DNA of 63,693 nt, filler included, from Craspedostauros australis (taxonomy: Eukaryota): assembly GCA_030167865.1 (NCBI GenBank). It is 13 parts of 13 records of this genome, joined end to end, with 100 filler letters (N's around TTAATTAATTAA, not from the genome) between each part and the next. Parts side by side here need not be neighbours in the genome. Positions count along the whole stretch, not along the records: positions 1 to 2,908 come from JALAGF010003783.1; positions 3,009 to 5,835 come from JALAGF010003784.1; positions 5,936 to 12,379 come from JALAGF010003787.1; 10 more parts are not named here. The stretch is one strand, 5' to 3'. Each line of letters opens with the position of its first letter. Positions within the stretch are counted from its first letter, which is position 1. Position numbers and translations under genes: made by a program. The notes under the pieces are model-generated. The model was not told the DNA's origin. It made no database searches and saw only the letters and a list, made by a program, of their open reading frames with translations. This document shows positions 1 through 11,967 of this stretch, one piece after another.

Positions 1-197
1 TTTGCCTTTGCTTTTGCATCCACATCCAGCTCCTTCGCTGCCTTTTCCGCCAGAGAAATCGCGCCGTCGACCATTGCGTATTCCATCCCTTCTTCTGGAG
101 CCGCTTCGGAACATGCCGGATTCGATGGCGATGCGACCGTTTGCAATGATCTGGGTCTCGAGGCCATCATGGAAAACCCGCCGGCGTCGTCCATCAT
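1..197 (-). CDS. Possible N-terminal fragment of an unknown protein running off the contig edge (copy at 3009-3205)
   Basis: Open frame MMDDAGGFSMMASRPRS...AKAKA to the contig end; no recognisable domain. Confidence 0.3.
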   Translation of the reverse strand, partial: MMDDAGGFSMMASRPRSLQTVASPSNPACSEAAPEEGMEYAMVDGAISLAEKAAKELDVDAKAKA

Positions 198-894
198 ACT
201 CGTAAGAAGCGTGATCGTTGCAACGTTCCAACGCTGTAATCGAAATCTATTTGATCTGCTTCCTCGCAACATTGGTGAAGTTCACTTCGTCAGTTGTCGT
301 TGCTATGGGACTGGTACGGAAGGTAGCGATGCTTGGATACAGCGAGCCTTGGTGATTGGTTGTGACTGACGCTGCTGCTGAAAGGAGGTGGCTGTGATTG
401 CCGAAAGCAATGGTTGATTAGTTGGCTCGTTGGTCGTTTGTTTGGTTTGATGTTCTTTCTCTCTCTCTCTCTCTCTTCGGCTCGTTTGGCTTGAAGTGAA
501 GGTACCTATTGGTGTGCTGAGTGATGGTCATCGGCAACATCATCGTTGTTGGACTTTTCGAAGTTGGCGTTGTTCTTTTCCTTCATGTTCTGTCACGATT
601 TTTCTGCGTTGTGTGTTTTTGTGTGACGAGAATTGATGAAGAATGACGTGTTTGATGGGTCTCGTGATTGACTTGCTCGTGATAGATCACGGATTCGACA
701 ATGTGAAGCAACACAAACAACTGCTTGGACGCTATCATTGGAGCATATCCACGAGTGGAATATGATACCTTTGGATACACAAAACCAACAGTCTCAGCCA
801 CGAAATAACATCAGCCAACTTCCCAAACAACATCTTCGCCCGTTGAACGAGCACGAGTAGGCTGGTGTTGGTACCTCGATCAGTTGGCGGCGAG

Positions 895-1530
895 CTATGG
901 GAAATACTGCGTGCGCACTCGGTCTGGTGACTGGTTGGGAAGAGAAGCTGTGCGCGCGAGTCTGGCGATTGCCATGTCACAAGAGCCACTGCAGCGGATG
1001 TCGAACAGCCTCATTTTGTACCGCTTCAAACGTCTCCTCCCTTCCGTGTCACTCAAGACTTTGTTACAGACCGTCGCTTCACTCCGACTTTGATCTGATC
1101 TCATCATGGCACTATGTAAGCTAGTGCTGCCTATGATCGCACTCATACATTGCGTCAATAACCAAGAAACAGCTTCGTCCGAAGCATCCACCTGCAAAGC
1201 GAGTTGCATCATTGCTTGGAGGAAGTGCCGGATCGGTTTGCAGTAGGGATAGTACTGGTCCTGGCGAGACGGCTCTCCTATTGTACTTGAGCGAGTGGAC
1301 GAGCATACGAGCTATGCTGTTGGGTAGAGCACGCCACTCTCGACCACTAAGTTGCGAGTGCAAACGATGGTCGCAGTGGCTCGTATGTTCGCATCACTGT
1401 TGCATCACTGTTGCATCATGCTCGTCCTTTCGCTTGCAACACACATCGATAATCGCACTCATAGATTGCGTCAATAACAAACAAAACACTTCGACGAAAG
1501 CACCGGCCTGCGAAGCGAGTTGTATCGGTG
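895..1530 (-). pseudogene. Degenerate internally repeated coding relic, weakly ankyrin-like (allelic copy ~3898-4535)
   Basis: A ~75-bp module recurs at ~1136-1210 and ~1452-1528. It translates to QLALQVDASDEAVSWLLTQCMSAI / QLASQAGAFVEVFCLLLTQSMSAI; the frames are broken. Confidence 0.3.
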
Positions 1531-2660
1531 TTTGAGGGACCGAGGAATTGGCCTTTTGTCCATTCGGCGATCATCGTGTGTTGCATTCCAAGTGCAGAAT
1601 GGCCATGGCCAACATTCTTCGGGATCGCCAAGATGCTCGAGGGAGCTAGCGAGTGAGTGAATGAACCCACATCTCCCAGGCTGACCAATCGTTAACGGTA
1701 CTCATGGTGGCTCGTATAGTACTACAGAATCGCATCATCTTTGCATCAGTTTTGCATCAGTTTTGCATCGGTTTTGCATCACCTCATCCTTTGCTTGGGC
1801 ACGCAACGATGATCAGAGTGGCGGATTGTTTGTGCACCCACAGCGATGCCGATTTTGGCGCGTTTCGATGCGTTTCTCCTCTTCCCGTTTTTGCATCAAG
1901 ATTTCATCGCTGTGGTCGATGTGGTCGATATGGTCGATGTGGTCGATGTGGTCGACGTGGTCGAGTGCACATGAATGGCTGGGAGAACGGAAAACGACGA
2001 CCGCTTCGAATGAATGTGAGATGCAAAATGAGGTGCGACAAGAAGGATCATAATGGTCGCACAGGTAGGTACCTCATGGCAAACCAACACAGCAAGCGAC
2101 CTTGTGGTCGTCTTCCTAATGCGCTCGTTGCGTGGTGTAGATGTTGTGCGGTGTGGCGGTGTCGGAGATGCCATCTTTGCGGTTGATGCTGTTCGAGCAT
2201 TCTGCATTCTTCATTCTGCATGCGATGTGCGAACAGGGCCAAACACATCTGCGAACATCTCTCTGTTCCGAGACAGATCCCTGGTGCTGTGCGTGCACCA
2301 CAAGACATCACAGAAGGTAGTTTCCCATGTCAAAAGTAATTCGTGATTCGCTGGAGCCGTGCTCATCTGTTGTGCAGGGTCAAGGATGATGTTCGCATTG
2401 ATCGTTGCCAAAAGTTTGTGCAGTAGTGGCAGGAGCAGAGAGCTCCTGTCCAAAGAGCGGAGCAGACGGAGCCACGTCTCCGTTGCAAGCCTTCATCAGT
2501 CGTACCACTCGTCACCAATCGTGTTGCGGCTGTGGCTGCACCTGCACTGACATGGGTGATGCTACTCTTTCTCTCTCTCTCTCTCTCTTGCTTCTACATC
2601 ATCATCTTCACGCCCTGTATACTTGTAGGTCATATGCATCTTTGCACTCTTAACAAAGTG

Positions 2661-2908
2661 TGTTGGAAATCCAGAGTTATAGTAGTAGTAATCTAATCTG
2701 TTATTCGATCATACTGTTTCAGAACTGTGAGCTCAATCTCATCATCTCTTTCAATTTCACATCAGGCATGCTCTGTAGTACCATCATGAGATACCGTTGT
2801 ATTCATAGCTGCTCTCCCTAGTGATCATCATGCCTTGCTTCATACATCTTCATGTGCATCTCATCATGTCCTTGTCATGACATCTCATTGTGCATATCTG
2901 CACACTTG
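2661..2908. mobile_element. LTR-like repeat, TGTTGGAAATCC family, cut by the contig end (allelic copy 5588-5835)
   Basis: Begins TGTTGGAAATCCAGAGTTATAG and aligns by eye with 54384 onward (shared taatctaatctg, tgtgagctcaatctca, caggcat); similarity starts exactly at the TG. Confidence 0.7.
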
Positions 2909-3008
2909 NNNNNNNNNNNNNNNNNNNNNNNNNNNNNNNNNNNNNNNNNNNNTTAATTAATTAANNNNNNNNNNNNNNNNNNNNNNNNNNNNNNNNNNNN
3001 NNNNNNNN
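2909..3008. other. Artificial contig linker, first of 12 (others at 5836-5935, 12380-12479, 14417-14516, 16451-16550, 17870-17969, 20867-20966, 30404-30503, 38310-38409, 40117-40216, 43757-43856, 48535-48634)
   Basis: Identical 100-bp N44-TTAATTAATTAA-N44 blocks; the 12-mer gives stops in all six frames, a standard concatenation spacer. Confidence 0.98.
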
Positions 3009-6000
3009 TTTGCCTTTGCTTTTGCATCCACATCCAGCTCCTTCGCTGCCTTTTCCGCCAGAGAAATCGCGCCGTCGACCATTGCGTATTCCATCCCTTC
3101 TTCTGGAGCCGCTTCGGAACATGCCGGATTCGATGGCGATGCGACCGTTTGCAATGATCTGGGTCTCGAGGCCATCATGGAAAACCCGCCGGCGTCGTCC
3201 ATCATACTCGTAAGAAGCGTGATCGTTGCAACGTTCCAACGCTGTAATCGAAATCTATTTGATCTGCTTCCTCGCAACATTGGTGAAGTTCACTTCGTCA
3301 GTTGTCGTTGCTATGGGACTGGTACGGAAGGTAGCGATGCTTGGATACAGCGAGCCTTGGTGATTGGTTGTGACTGACGCTGCTGCTGAAAGGAGGTGGC
3401 TGTGATTGCCGAAAGCAATGGTTGATTAGTTGGCTCGTTGGTCGTTTGTTTGGTTTGATGTTCTTTCTCTCTCTCTCTCTTCGGCTCGTTTGGCTTGAAG
3501 TGAAGGTACCTATTGGTGTGCTGAGTGATGGTCATCGGCAACATCATCGTTGTTGGACTTTTCGAAGTTGGCGTTGTTCTTTTCCTTCATGTTCTGTCAC
3601 GATTTTTCTGCGTTGTGTGTTTTTGTGTGACGAGAATTGATGAAGAATGACGTGTTTGATGGGTCTCGTGATTGACTTGCTCGTGATAGATCACGGATTC
3701 GACAATGTGAAGCAACACAAACAACTGCTTGGACGCTATCATTGGAGCATATCCACGATTAGAATATGATACCTTTGGATACACAAAACCAAGAGTCTCA
3801 GCCACGAAAAACGCCATCCAACTTCCCAAACAACATCTTCGCCCGTTGTACGAGCACAAGTAGGCTGGTGTTGGTACCTCGATCAGTTGGCGGCGAGCTA
3901 TGGGCAATACTGCGTGCGCACTCGGTCTGGTGACTGGTTGTGAAGAGAAGTTGTGCGCGCGAGTCTGGCGATTGCCATGTCACAAGAGTCACTGCAGCGG
4001 ATGTCGAGCAGCCTCATTTTGTACCACTTCAAACGTCTCTTCCCTTCCGTGTCACTCAAGACTTTGCCACAGACCGTCGCTTCACTCCGACTTTGATCTG
4101 ATCTCATCATGGCACTATGTAAGCTAGTGCTGCCTATGATCGCACTCATACATTGCGTCAATAACCAAGAAACAGCTTCGTCCGAAGCATCTACCTGCAA
4201 AGCGAGTTGCATCATTGTTTGGAGGAAGTGTTGGATTGGTTTGCAGCAGGGATAGTACTGGTCCTGGCGAGACGGCTCTCCTATTGTACTTGAGCGAGTG
4301 GACGAGCATACGAGCTACGCTGTTGGGTAGAGCATGCCACTCTCCACCACTAAGTTGCGAGTGCAAACGATGGTCGCGGTGGCTCGTATGTTCGCATCAC
4401 TGTTGCATCACTGTTGCATCATGCTCGTCCTTTCGCTTGCAACACACATCGATAATCGCACTCATAGATTGCGTCAATAACAAGCAAAACGCTTCGACGA
4501 AAGCACCGGCCTGCGAAGCGAGTTGTATCGGTGTTTGAGGGACCGAGGAATTGGCCTTTTGTCCATTCGGCGATCATCGTGTGTTGCATTCCAAGTGCAG
4601 AATGGCCATGGCCAACATTCCTCGGGATCGCCAAGATGCTCGAGGGAGCGAGCGAATGAATGAAAGAAACCACATCTCCCAGGCTGACCAATCGTTAACG
4701 GTACTCATGGTGGCTCGTATAGTACTACATAATCGCATCATCTTTGCATCAGTTTTGCATCACCTCATCCTTTGCTTGGGCACGCAACGATGATCAGAGT
4801 GACGGATTGCTTGTGCACCCACAGCGATGCCGATTTTGGCGCGTTTCGATGCGTTTCTCCTCTCCCCGTTTTTGCATCAAGATTTCATCGCTGTGGTCGA
4901 TGTGGTCGAGTGCACATGAATGGCTGCGAGAACGGAAAACGGCGACCGCTTCGACTGAATGTGAGATGCAAAATGAGGTGCGACAAGAAGGATCATGATG
5001 GTCGCACAGGTAGGTACCTCATGGCAAACCAACAAAGGAAGCGACCTTGTGGTCGTCCTCCTAATGCGCTCGTCGTGTGGTGTAGATGCGGTGCCGGAGA
5101 TGCCGTCTTCGTTGTTGATGATGTGTTCGAGCATTCTGCATGCTGCATGCGATGTGCGAACAGGGCCAAACACATCTGCGAAGATCTCTCTGTTCCAAGA
5201 CAGATCCTTGGTGCTGTGCGTGCACCACAAGGCAACACAACAGATAGCTCCCCATGTCAAAAGTAATTCGTGATTCGCTGGAGCTGTGCTCATCTGTCGT
5301 GCAGGGTCAAGGATGATGTTCGCATTGATCGTTGCCAAAAGTTTGTGCAGTAGTGGCAGGAGCAGAGAGCTCCTGTCCAAAGAGCGGAGCAGACGGAGCC
5401 ACGTCTCCGTTGCAAGCCTTCATCAGTCGTACCACTCGTCACCAATCGTGTTGCGGCTGTGGCTGCACCTGCACTGACATGGGTGATGCTACTCTTTCTC
5501 TCTCTCTCTCTCTCTTGCTTCTACATCATCATCTTCACGCCCTGTATACTTGTAGGTCATATGCATCTTTGCACTCTTAACAAAGTGTGTTGGAAATCCA
5601 GAGTTATAGTAGTAGTAATCTAATCTGTTATTCGATCATACTGTTTCAGAACTGTGAGCTCAATCTCATCATCTCTTTCAATTTCACATCAGGCATGCTC
5701 TGTAGTACCATCATGAGATACCGTTGTATTCATAGCTGCTCTCCCTAGTGATCATCATGCCTTGCTTCATACATCTTCATGTGCATCTCATCATGTCCTT
5801 GTCATGACATCTCATTGTGCATATCTGCACACTTGNNNNNNNNNNNNNNNNNNNNNNNNNNNNNNNNNNNNNNNNNNNNTTAATTAATTAANNNNNNNNN
5901 NNNNNNNNNNNNNNNNNNNNNNNNNNNNNNNNNNNTGACGATGAAATACGCCAATGCCAAGCTTCGTGTGAAGAGGGTGAAGGTTTGAGCATCCACTTTG

Positions 6001-6282
6001 GCAGTGGAAGTCTACATGCTGGGGCCTTCGATGTTTGCGTCCGAGCAAAGCCAGAATTCCCAAACAGAGCGATTGGCAACATTGAGGATACGCCAACAGC
6101 GCCTCGGATTTAAATTGGAGGAAAGACCATGAATTGGAGACGGTAAATGATATACTCTAACAATACCGATTATGCATCGTACATTCTCGAGAGCATTGTT
6201 CCTCTCTCTACAACGTAATCGGGGCGCCCCATCTGTAAGCACGCAACAGAGCTGATGGCGACAACCCCTTTGCGCACACAAT

Positions 6283-7413
6283 TCATGGAAGCCAGCTGGA
6301 TTCCTTGAGCTTCTGCGCAGCGTATGCCCCAACGATGTAGGCAGGTACCCAGAAATATGCCATCGACGTGTCTCCGGTCGCTGCAAGGAATAGCGCGGGT
6401 CCAGGACAGTACAGGCTGATGCCCCACCCCATTCCGAACATCGCAGCGCCAGCGATGAGCTTGCCGTCGATGGTCTTGTTAGAGGGAACATTGAATTTCG
6501 CAGCGGGTGCATCTTTGGAAGCATCGGCGGCGTTCGCCTTGGGTCGTGTTGGTGCAAGAGTGCCGCAGGGGCGCCCCTGCGCGACGCTCAGGTTGCACAT
6601 CCCGTGCCCTTTCACGAATTCGTATGACACCGTGCTCACGAGTAGCGCGCCGGTCAGGACAGTGGCAAGGGTGGGGTCCCAATCTCCCTTCTCGATCCCA
6701 ACGACAACATCCAGGAATCCGTAGAGCTTGGTCTTGAGCACCATCTGGCTGATGGCCAAACCGTCCGCGAACATGGATCTGGAAATGGCAGCGATGGAGT
6801 TTTTGCTTTGCTGTCCATCGGCAGCTGTGTCCTTGCGCAATGCCAGCCTCGTCGATGCCAGCATCGTGGGCGCGACGAACAGGGAGGTGAACACGAAGCC
6901 CGTCGTCGGTTCCGAAGCATTCGAATTGTTCGACGAGGTCCGCAGCGCCTGCGCCATGGATGACCACGCAACCTCGGATGATGTGATGTACGCCGTGGCG
7001 ATGGCCGACGACATGAAGGTGAGGACGGCCGCCAACAAGCACGCACTGCGGAGTCCCAGTCTGCAGACGCCGCGGATCGATGCGCGTCCGATGGAGAGCT
7101 TCGTACCGAAACCGACAAGCAGTCCTCCCAGGGTGAATGCAAGGGTGGATGGGGCTGGGACGCGCGCCTCCGGGGAGTTGATCGTGGCGGCGGTCCCGAA
7201 CATCCAGGATGACGTCACAAGGAAAGATGAGATGAAGACTGGCTTCTATATCTGCGTCCCGTCGGTGAGCACTTTCTTGGGGTTGAGCGCCGTGGTGGAA
7301 AAGATTCCGGATGCTCCCATGATGTCGCCGTTGAAGAGGAGAAGGGTCGCGGCGGACATCCTGATGATGGATCCGCCTCGGAATCCGATGATGGGTGTGA
7401 AGCTGTCGAACAT
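6283..7413 (-). pseudogene. YeeE/YedE (sulfur/thiosulfate transporter family) protein, probably pseudogenised
   Basis: Motifs LLLFNGDIMGASGI, GGLLVGFGTKL, LAISQM..K.YGFLD...WDPTL and GAAMFGMGWG...CPGPAL. In-frame TAG at 7246-7248; the GCTSGHG motif is replaced by GRASIRG. Confidence 0.85.
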
Positions 7414-7676
7414 CTTGAAGTGTATTATATTGTTATTTTTTGTGCGAGTATGCATGGTCTCGTGGAATAGTTGTGGAGGAGGGGGATGCCGTGTTGGTTT
7501 GTTGGTTTGATTGATTTGATTATTGTGGGAGTGGATGTGTTGATCGGGAGATGATGTCGGCGTGAGTTATTCCGATGGCAGTTGTGGGCGTGGTTGTGGT
7601 GTCTCAGATTTGGTGTTGTTGTTGGCGTGATCTGGTTGCATTCAGTCTGATTGGATTGGATTGGATTTGATCGCCG

Positions 7677-8098
7677 CTCGTGTCTCAACTAAGGGAAGAG
7701 AATGAGACAGGCCACAAACAAACAAGAACTGATTTAGACTCCTCTTGACATGCATTGGAACCAGATTGAATGACACATCTGGATTCGGACACCAAGACAG
7801 ATCCTGACATAGTGCAGTGGCGAGGACTGCAAGCAGAGAGAAAGGATGCAAACAACAGAAACATCTCATCACTCCACAACTGCAACATCCACCACATCGA
7901 GCATCAAGCCAGCACGTGGTTTCATGGTTGATCATGGAAAACCCATCCTTCCTTGCTGTGAACACTTTCCTTTCCCCTCAGCCTGCCTCTCTTCCTGCCA
8001 TGACAGTCTTTGACTTTGGGGCCATCCACTCTGCCTCTCATTCGTCTCCTTCAGGTTGTGGCAGTGGCTCTGCAGCCCTGGCTGGTGCCCCCTTTGGG
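7677..8098. repeat. Dispersed repeat family B, copy 1 (CpG-depleted)
   Basis: Colinear with 48063-48500, starting at CTCGTGTCTCAACTAAGG in both; ends where the LTR at 8099 begins. Confidence 0.88.
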
Positions 8099-8797
8099 TG
8101 TCAGAATGTGCATATGTGCATGTGCATCGCTCACCCATTGTTCTCTCACTCGGCGCGCAAACAGTACTGACATTTGGGTCATCAGTGAAGTGTGATTGAG
8201 TGAATCACATCACGAATTTACGTGTGCCAATGTGTTCACAATTTCTGAGAGCCTCAGATATTTGGTCTGTCCATCTATTTGACAGAAACAAGTGACACTG
8301 AATCCAAACCAACCTACTTCCCAACTATGCCTTAAATGACATCACCTTTGCCTTGCATCTACATCATCAACAGAGTATGAAATCTCAAGGAGCGTGGAAG
8401 ATGATGACAGCTGGTGTTGACACAATGTCATCATGTCACCACATTGACAGCTGACTCCACATCAGAACAAGAAGCCAAAGATTCTTTGACGTTGGGTTCA
8501 TGGAGATCGTGGATATGCAAAGAGGAGTTTGAATGAGGCTTTAGCAACTCCACGCAGAGTAGGGGCTAGGAGAAGATGAGACAACCAAGTACATGTCGAA
8601 TACAGAGTATCACGTAGTACCAACATGCAAGAAAGAGAGAGAGAGAGAATACAAGAAACGGAGAGAGAGCATCTCACGTGCCAACTCATAGTTGGGCTAT
8701 TGGAACAACAATGAAATGAAATAGCAATTGAAATAAAAACACCACCACTACCATCGTCTACAGTGCAAGAGTCATCCATGTGTGGAACTTGCCAACA
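8099..8797 (+). mobile_element. Solo LTR-like element (TG...CA, ~700 bp)
   Basis: Starts TGTCAGAATGT and ends GGAACTTGCCAACA. Homologous end to end to 57856-58628 (tacttcccaacta, atgtcaccacattgaca, gagagagcatctc). No target-site duplication seen. Confidence 0.72.
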
Positions 8798-8911
8798 AAC
8801 AATATTCTTGGATTGATGTTTGGTGCACTGTTGGATGATTGTGGGATGTGGGATGTGCGATGAGTGGTTGAAATCTGGTTTTGGGATTGTCTCAAATTGA
8901 TTTTGTAGCAA

Positions 8912-8944
<33 letters not shown>
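8912..8944 (+). repeat. (ATG)n microsatellite
   Basis: 11 tandem ATG units. Confidence 0.95.
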
Positions 8945-9882
8945 GCGGTGGCGGCGGCGACGGCGTTACATCGGGTGCGAACATCCTCACTTTTCCCCAC
9001 TCTGCCCTTTCCGAACAGGAACGAGTGTGAAATGAACAGTTCAAGCGCAAGGAGCGACACCGACGAGTCCATTGGTGTCTTCGGAAAGCCAGGTGATTGC
9101 TTTCTCGTTCCCTTCAGCTCTTCCCCCTTCAGCCCAGACTGGATCTATTGCGCTTGGATCTGCCTCAAGCAAAATGCACATCACGTCGCTGATTGCAGCA
9201 TCTTGTTTCAGCCTGACTTTGCCGAATTGTGGAGCTCTTCCCTTTGTGTCGTCGTTAGTATGCATGGCTCGACGAGGATTCATGTTGCGTCATGGACGTT
9301 GCGCAGGCAGCGAGGAGGTTTGATGGAATTTACGTTTGTGTGGCGGAAAAACAAATTCGAATTTAACGCTCAACGCGCCAGTCGGACGACAACTCACCTG
9401 TCGCTCTTGGCGACCTGCACCCACGGATCCAAGAAACAGTGACACGATGGATTGTTTTGAGACAACGAGGAGAGAGAGAGAGAGAGAGAGAGAGACATCG
9501 TATTCAGCGCAGCAAGCTCAGAATGACATGTGCATACAAGAGTACTCTCTGCATCTAGCTTATGCTTTGGCTATCGAAGTTCCAACGGACTGGGGGCTCT
9601 TGGTGACATGCACATCGCCTGCTGTCCTCGTACACAAAGTTGATCCGAGCACACACATTCACTGATGAAATGGAAAATGGATTTCGTGCCGCACGACCAT
9701 GGCTAGCGAAAATAAGATACTCGTCATGTTGGACATCGCAATCGGGCCGCCGCAGATTCCATCCAGCATGGTAGTCATGATTCGGTGCCATTGGATGCTT
9801 TCATGAATAAACAGTACTGCGATCGCTGATGTGTTGGAAACATTTGTTCGCGTTGTTAGTGTTTTGGAGATCTTGGATCGCT

Positions 9883-11967
9883 CTAGGCCTCTTCGTCATT
9901 CTCCTTGGCTTTTCCGACATTCTCGGTCGATTCCACTGCACCTGCGCCTGCTTCAGTAGCTGCTTGACCTGCAGCGTCTTCCTCAATCTGCGACAGGCGC
10001 ATGGAGAAGCGACGGGACAAACGCTCCGCCATCAACGTGCGATTGTCGCGAGCATTGTCGTATTCCTCATGACACTGCACAGTCAAAGAAGCAAACCAAA
10101 GATTGTGGCAGAAAGGGATGGATGGTTTTGGAACAAAGACATCATGTCAGATGCGAGTACGATAGTGTGACGAATGAATGAATGAATGAATGAATGAATG
10201 AATGAATGAATGAATGAATGAATGAATGAATGGATGGATGGCTGAATGGTTGGAAACATAGATACACCATACGTGCGCATCATCATGCCACCCACTCATA
10301 CCACAGGAAGCACACTCACCTGACCCATGAAAGCACAGAACTCAAGGAAGTCAACATATCCGCTGCCATCGGCATCCATCACCGCCCACAACGCTTCGAA
10401 GTCATGACGGTTCATTTCAACAGCCTTTCCGGAGCTCAAGAACTCCCACATGCCCTCCTTCGTGATGTTGCCAATGGAGCTCGCACGTCGGTCACTCTTG
10501 TCGGCCGTGGATTGGGCGTCGATCTTCTGGAACTCGCGGGCCAATGCAGCGGCATCCATGCGTCTGGCCGGTACGCGGATGCTCATGGTCTGTGCAACAC
10601 GTGCGGCGAATACGGCACGGTATCTCTTTGCCTGTTGTTTGTTGTATATGTAGACTGCGATGGCGACTACGATGAGAAAGAGGAGGACACCGCCGATGGT
10701 GAATCCAGCGATGACTCCTGACTTGACAGGTGTGGTTGGCTCTTGGTATGGGTTTGTGGCGCAGTTGGGATCGAACTGTGTTGTCCATGCATTGATTGAT
10801 TGGTGGAATGCATGGAGGGAAGGGAGAGATAGAAAATTAAAGAAGATCAGGAATGTGAGAGGGGGGAAGCAGCGGCAGATATGTGAGGTCAAAAAGGTCG
10901 CCGATGCCAACTGCACTCCGAATATAAGCCTTGGTATCTGTAGAATACAGAATAGATGTACTTGCCTCACACCATTGCTCCTCCGATGGGAATACACCAG
11001 TGAGCGAAGTGTTGGTCATGGGCACCTCGATGCGGAATGCTTCAGGCACAGCGAACTTGTTGTAGTCGCTCCTGATTCCCACAATGAACTCGTCTTCTGT
11101 GATGCGCTGGCTGTTGCAGCTCACAAAAAACAGCAACTTGGAGCTGTTGTAAACAGAACTAATCTCTCTTTGAGCACTGCAGGCTTCATCGAGGCATGTG
11201 ATTGTGGTCACAGCGGTCAAGAATCTCCGACCTGCCACAACTCCCTTGGTCACAGTGGTGTCATTTCCAACTGGGTATGTGATCGTGTTTTCTTCACCTG
11301 CCTGGCGGCGAGGGAAATCCAGGTTTTGTTGAAAGGGCAAGGTGACAGTTCTCCCATCCAGCTCAAAGGTTGACGTTCCAAAGACGTCCAAGGCCTGCGC
11401 CAGCCCGATTGTGCCGACCTCTGGTGCTGGGGGCAGGATTCTGTATCGATGAAGGAATGTTCTTGTTCCTGAGCGTGTGTAGTTGCTGTACATCCTTGAT
11501 GGGAACCCACCCGTCAAGAATGTTCCTAGTCCAGCGATGGGGGTTGCTTCCACCACGAGAGGCTGGGAGTCTGGTCCGTAAGTGTACGAATCACAGACGA
11601 AGAACCCAGCAAAGGCAGGCTTGAGAGAGAGAGAGATGCAGAAGTATGCGATTGATATGCGCCGGGATATGCCAAGCAGCAAATTGGCCACACACCGGAG
11701 AATAGGACGAAAGGTGAGGCAAGGACAAAGAAAGTGGGCAGTACTGGCAGAGGTGCAAACATGATCAAGCTCCATGGTTGCGTTGCGAAGACGTACCAAG
11801 ATTCCTGGCTGATCGGCAACGTCGTACTTGGCATTATCCTTGTAACGAGGATCTGAATCAGAGAGGCAGGGTTCGCGCCATGGATTGCCGCATTTGGCAC
11901 CAGCCACCATGCTGCCCGTCATGGCGGCGGCGACGGCGATACCTGCGATGAGGAAGCGAGAGGTCAT
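9883..11967 (-). CDS. Type I membrane protein: signal peptide, Cys-containing ectodomain, one TM helix, cytosolic EF-hand region. Predicted exons 11967-11797, 11619-10966, 10775-10320, 10074-9883
   Basis: Hydrophobic N-terminus; TM GVIAGFTIGGVLLFLIVVAIAVYIY followed by NKQQAKR; canonical EF loop DADGSGYVDFLE. Donors GTACGT, GCAAGT and GTGAGT, with AG acceptors, all keep the frame (phase 0). Confidence 0.8.
10172..10232 (+). repeat. (GAAT)n microsatellite inside intron 3 of the EF-hand gene
   Basis: About 15 tandem GAAT units. Confidence 0.95.

Larger units (their letters stand above)
1..5835. repeat. Two allelic versions of one region (contigs 1-2908 and 3009-5835)
   Basis: Identical starts and ends; the interiors differ by SNPs and small indels, e.g. 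(TGTGGTCGA)n has 6 vs 2 units. Confidence 0.93.

Noticed and set aside
2953..2964. Recurrent TTAATTAATTAA palindrome as a biological motif
   Set aside because: Always centred in an N-padded 100-bp block; it is an artificial spacer.
7246..7248. Stop-codon readthrough or an alternative genetic code (in-frame TAG/TGA here and in the ATPase and Copia)
   Set aside because: The stops occur alongside frameshifts or motif decay, and intact genes in the window end normally at TAG, TGA and TAA.
8912..9442. Poly-Met 176-aa ORF
   Set aside because: It starts in an (ATG)n microsatellite and has no domain-like content.
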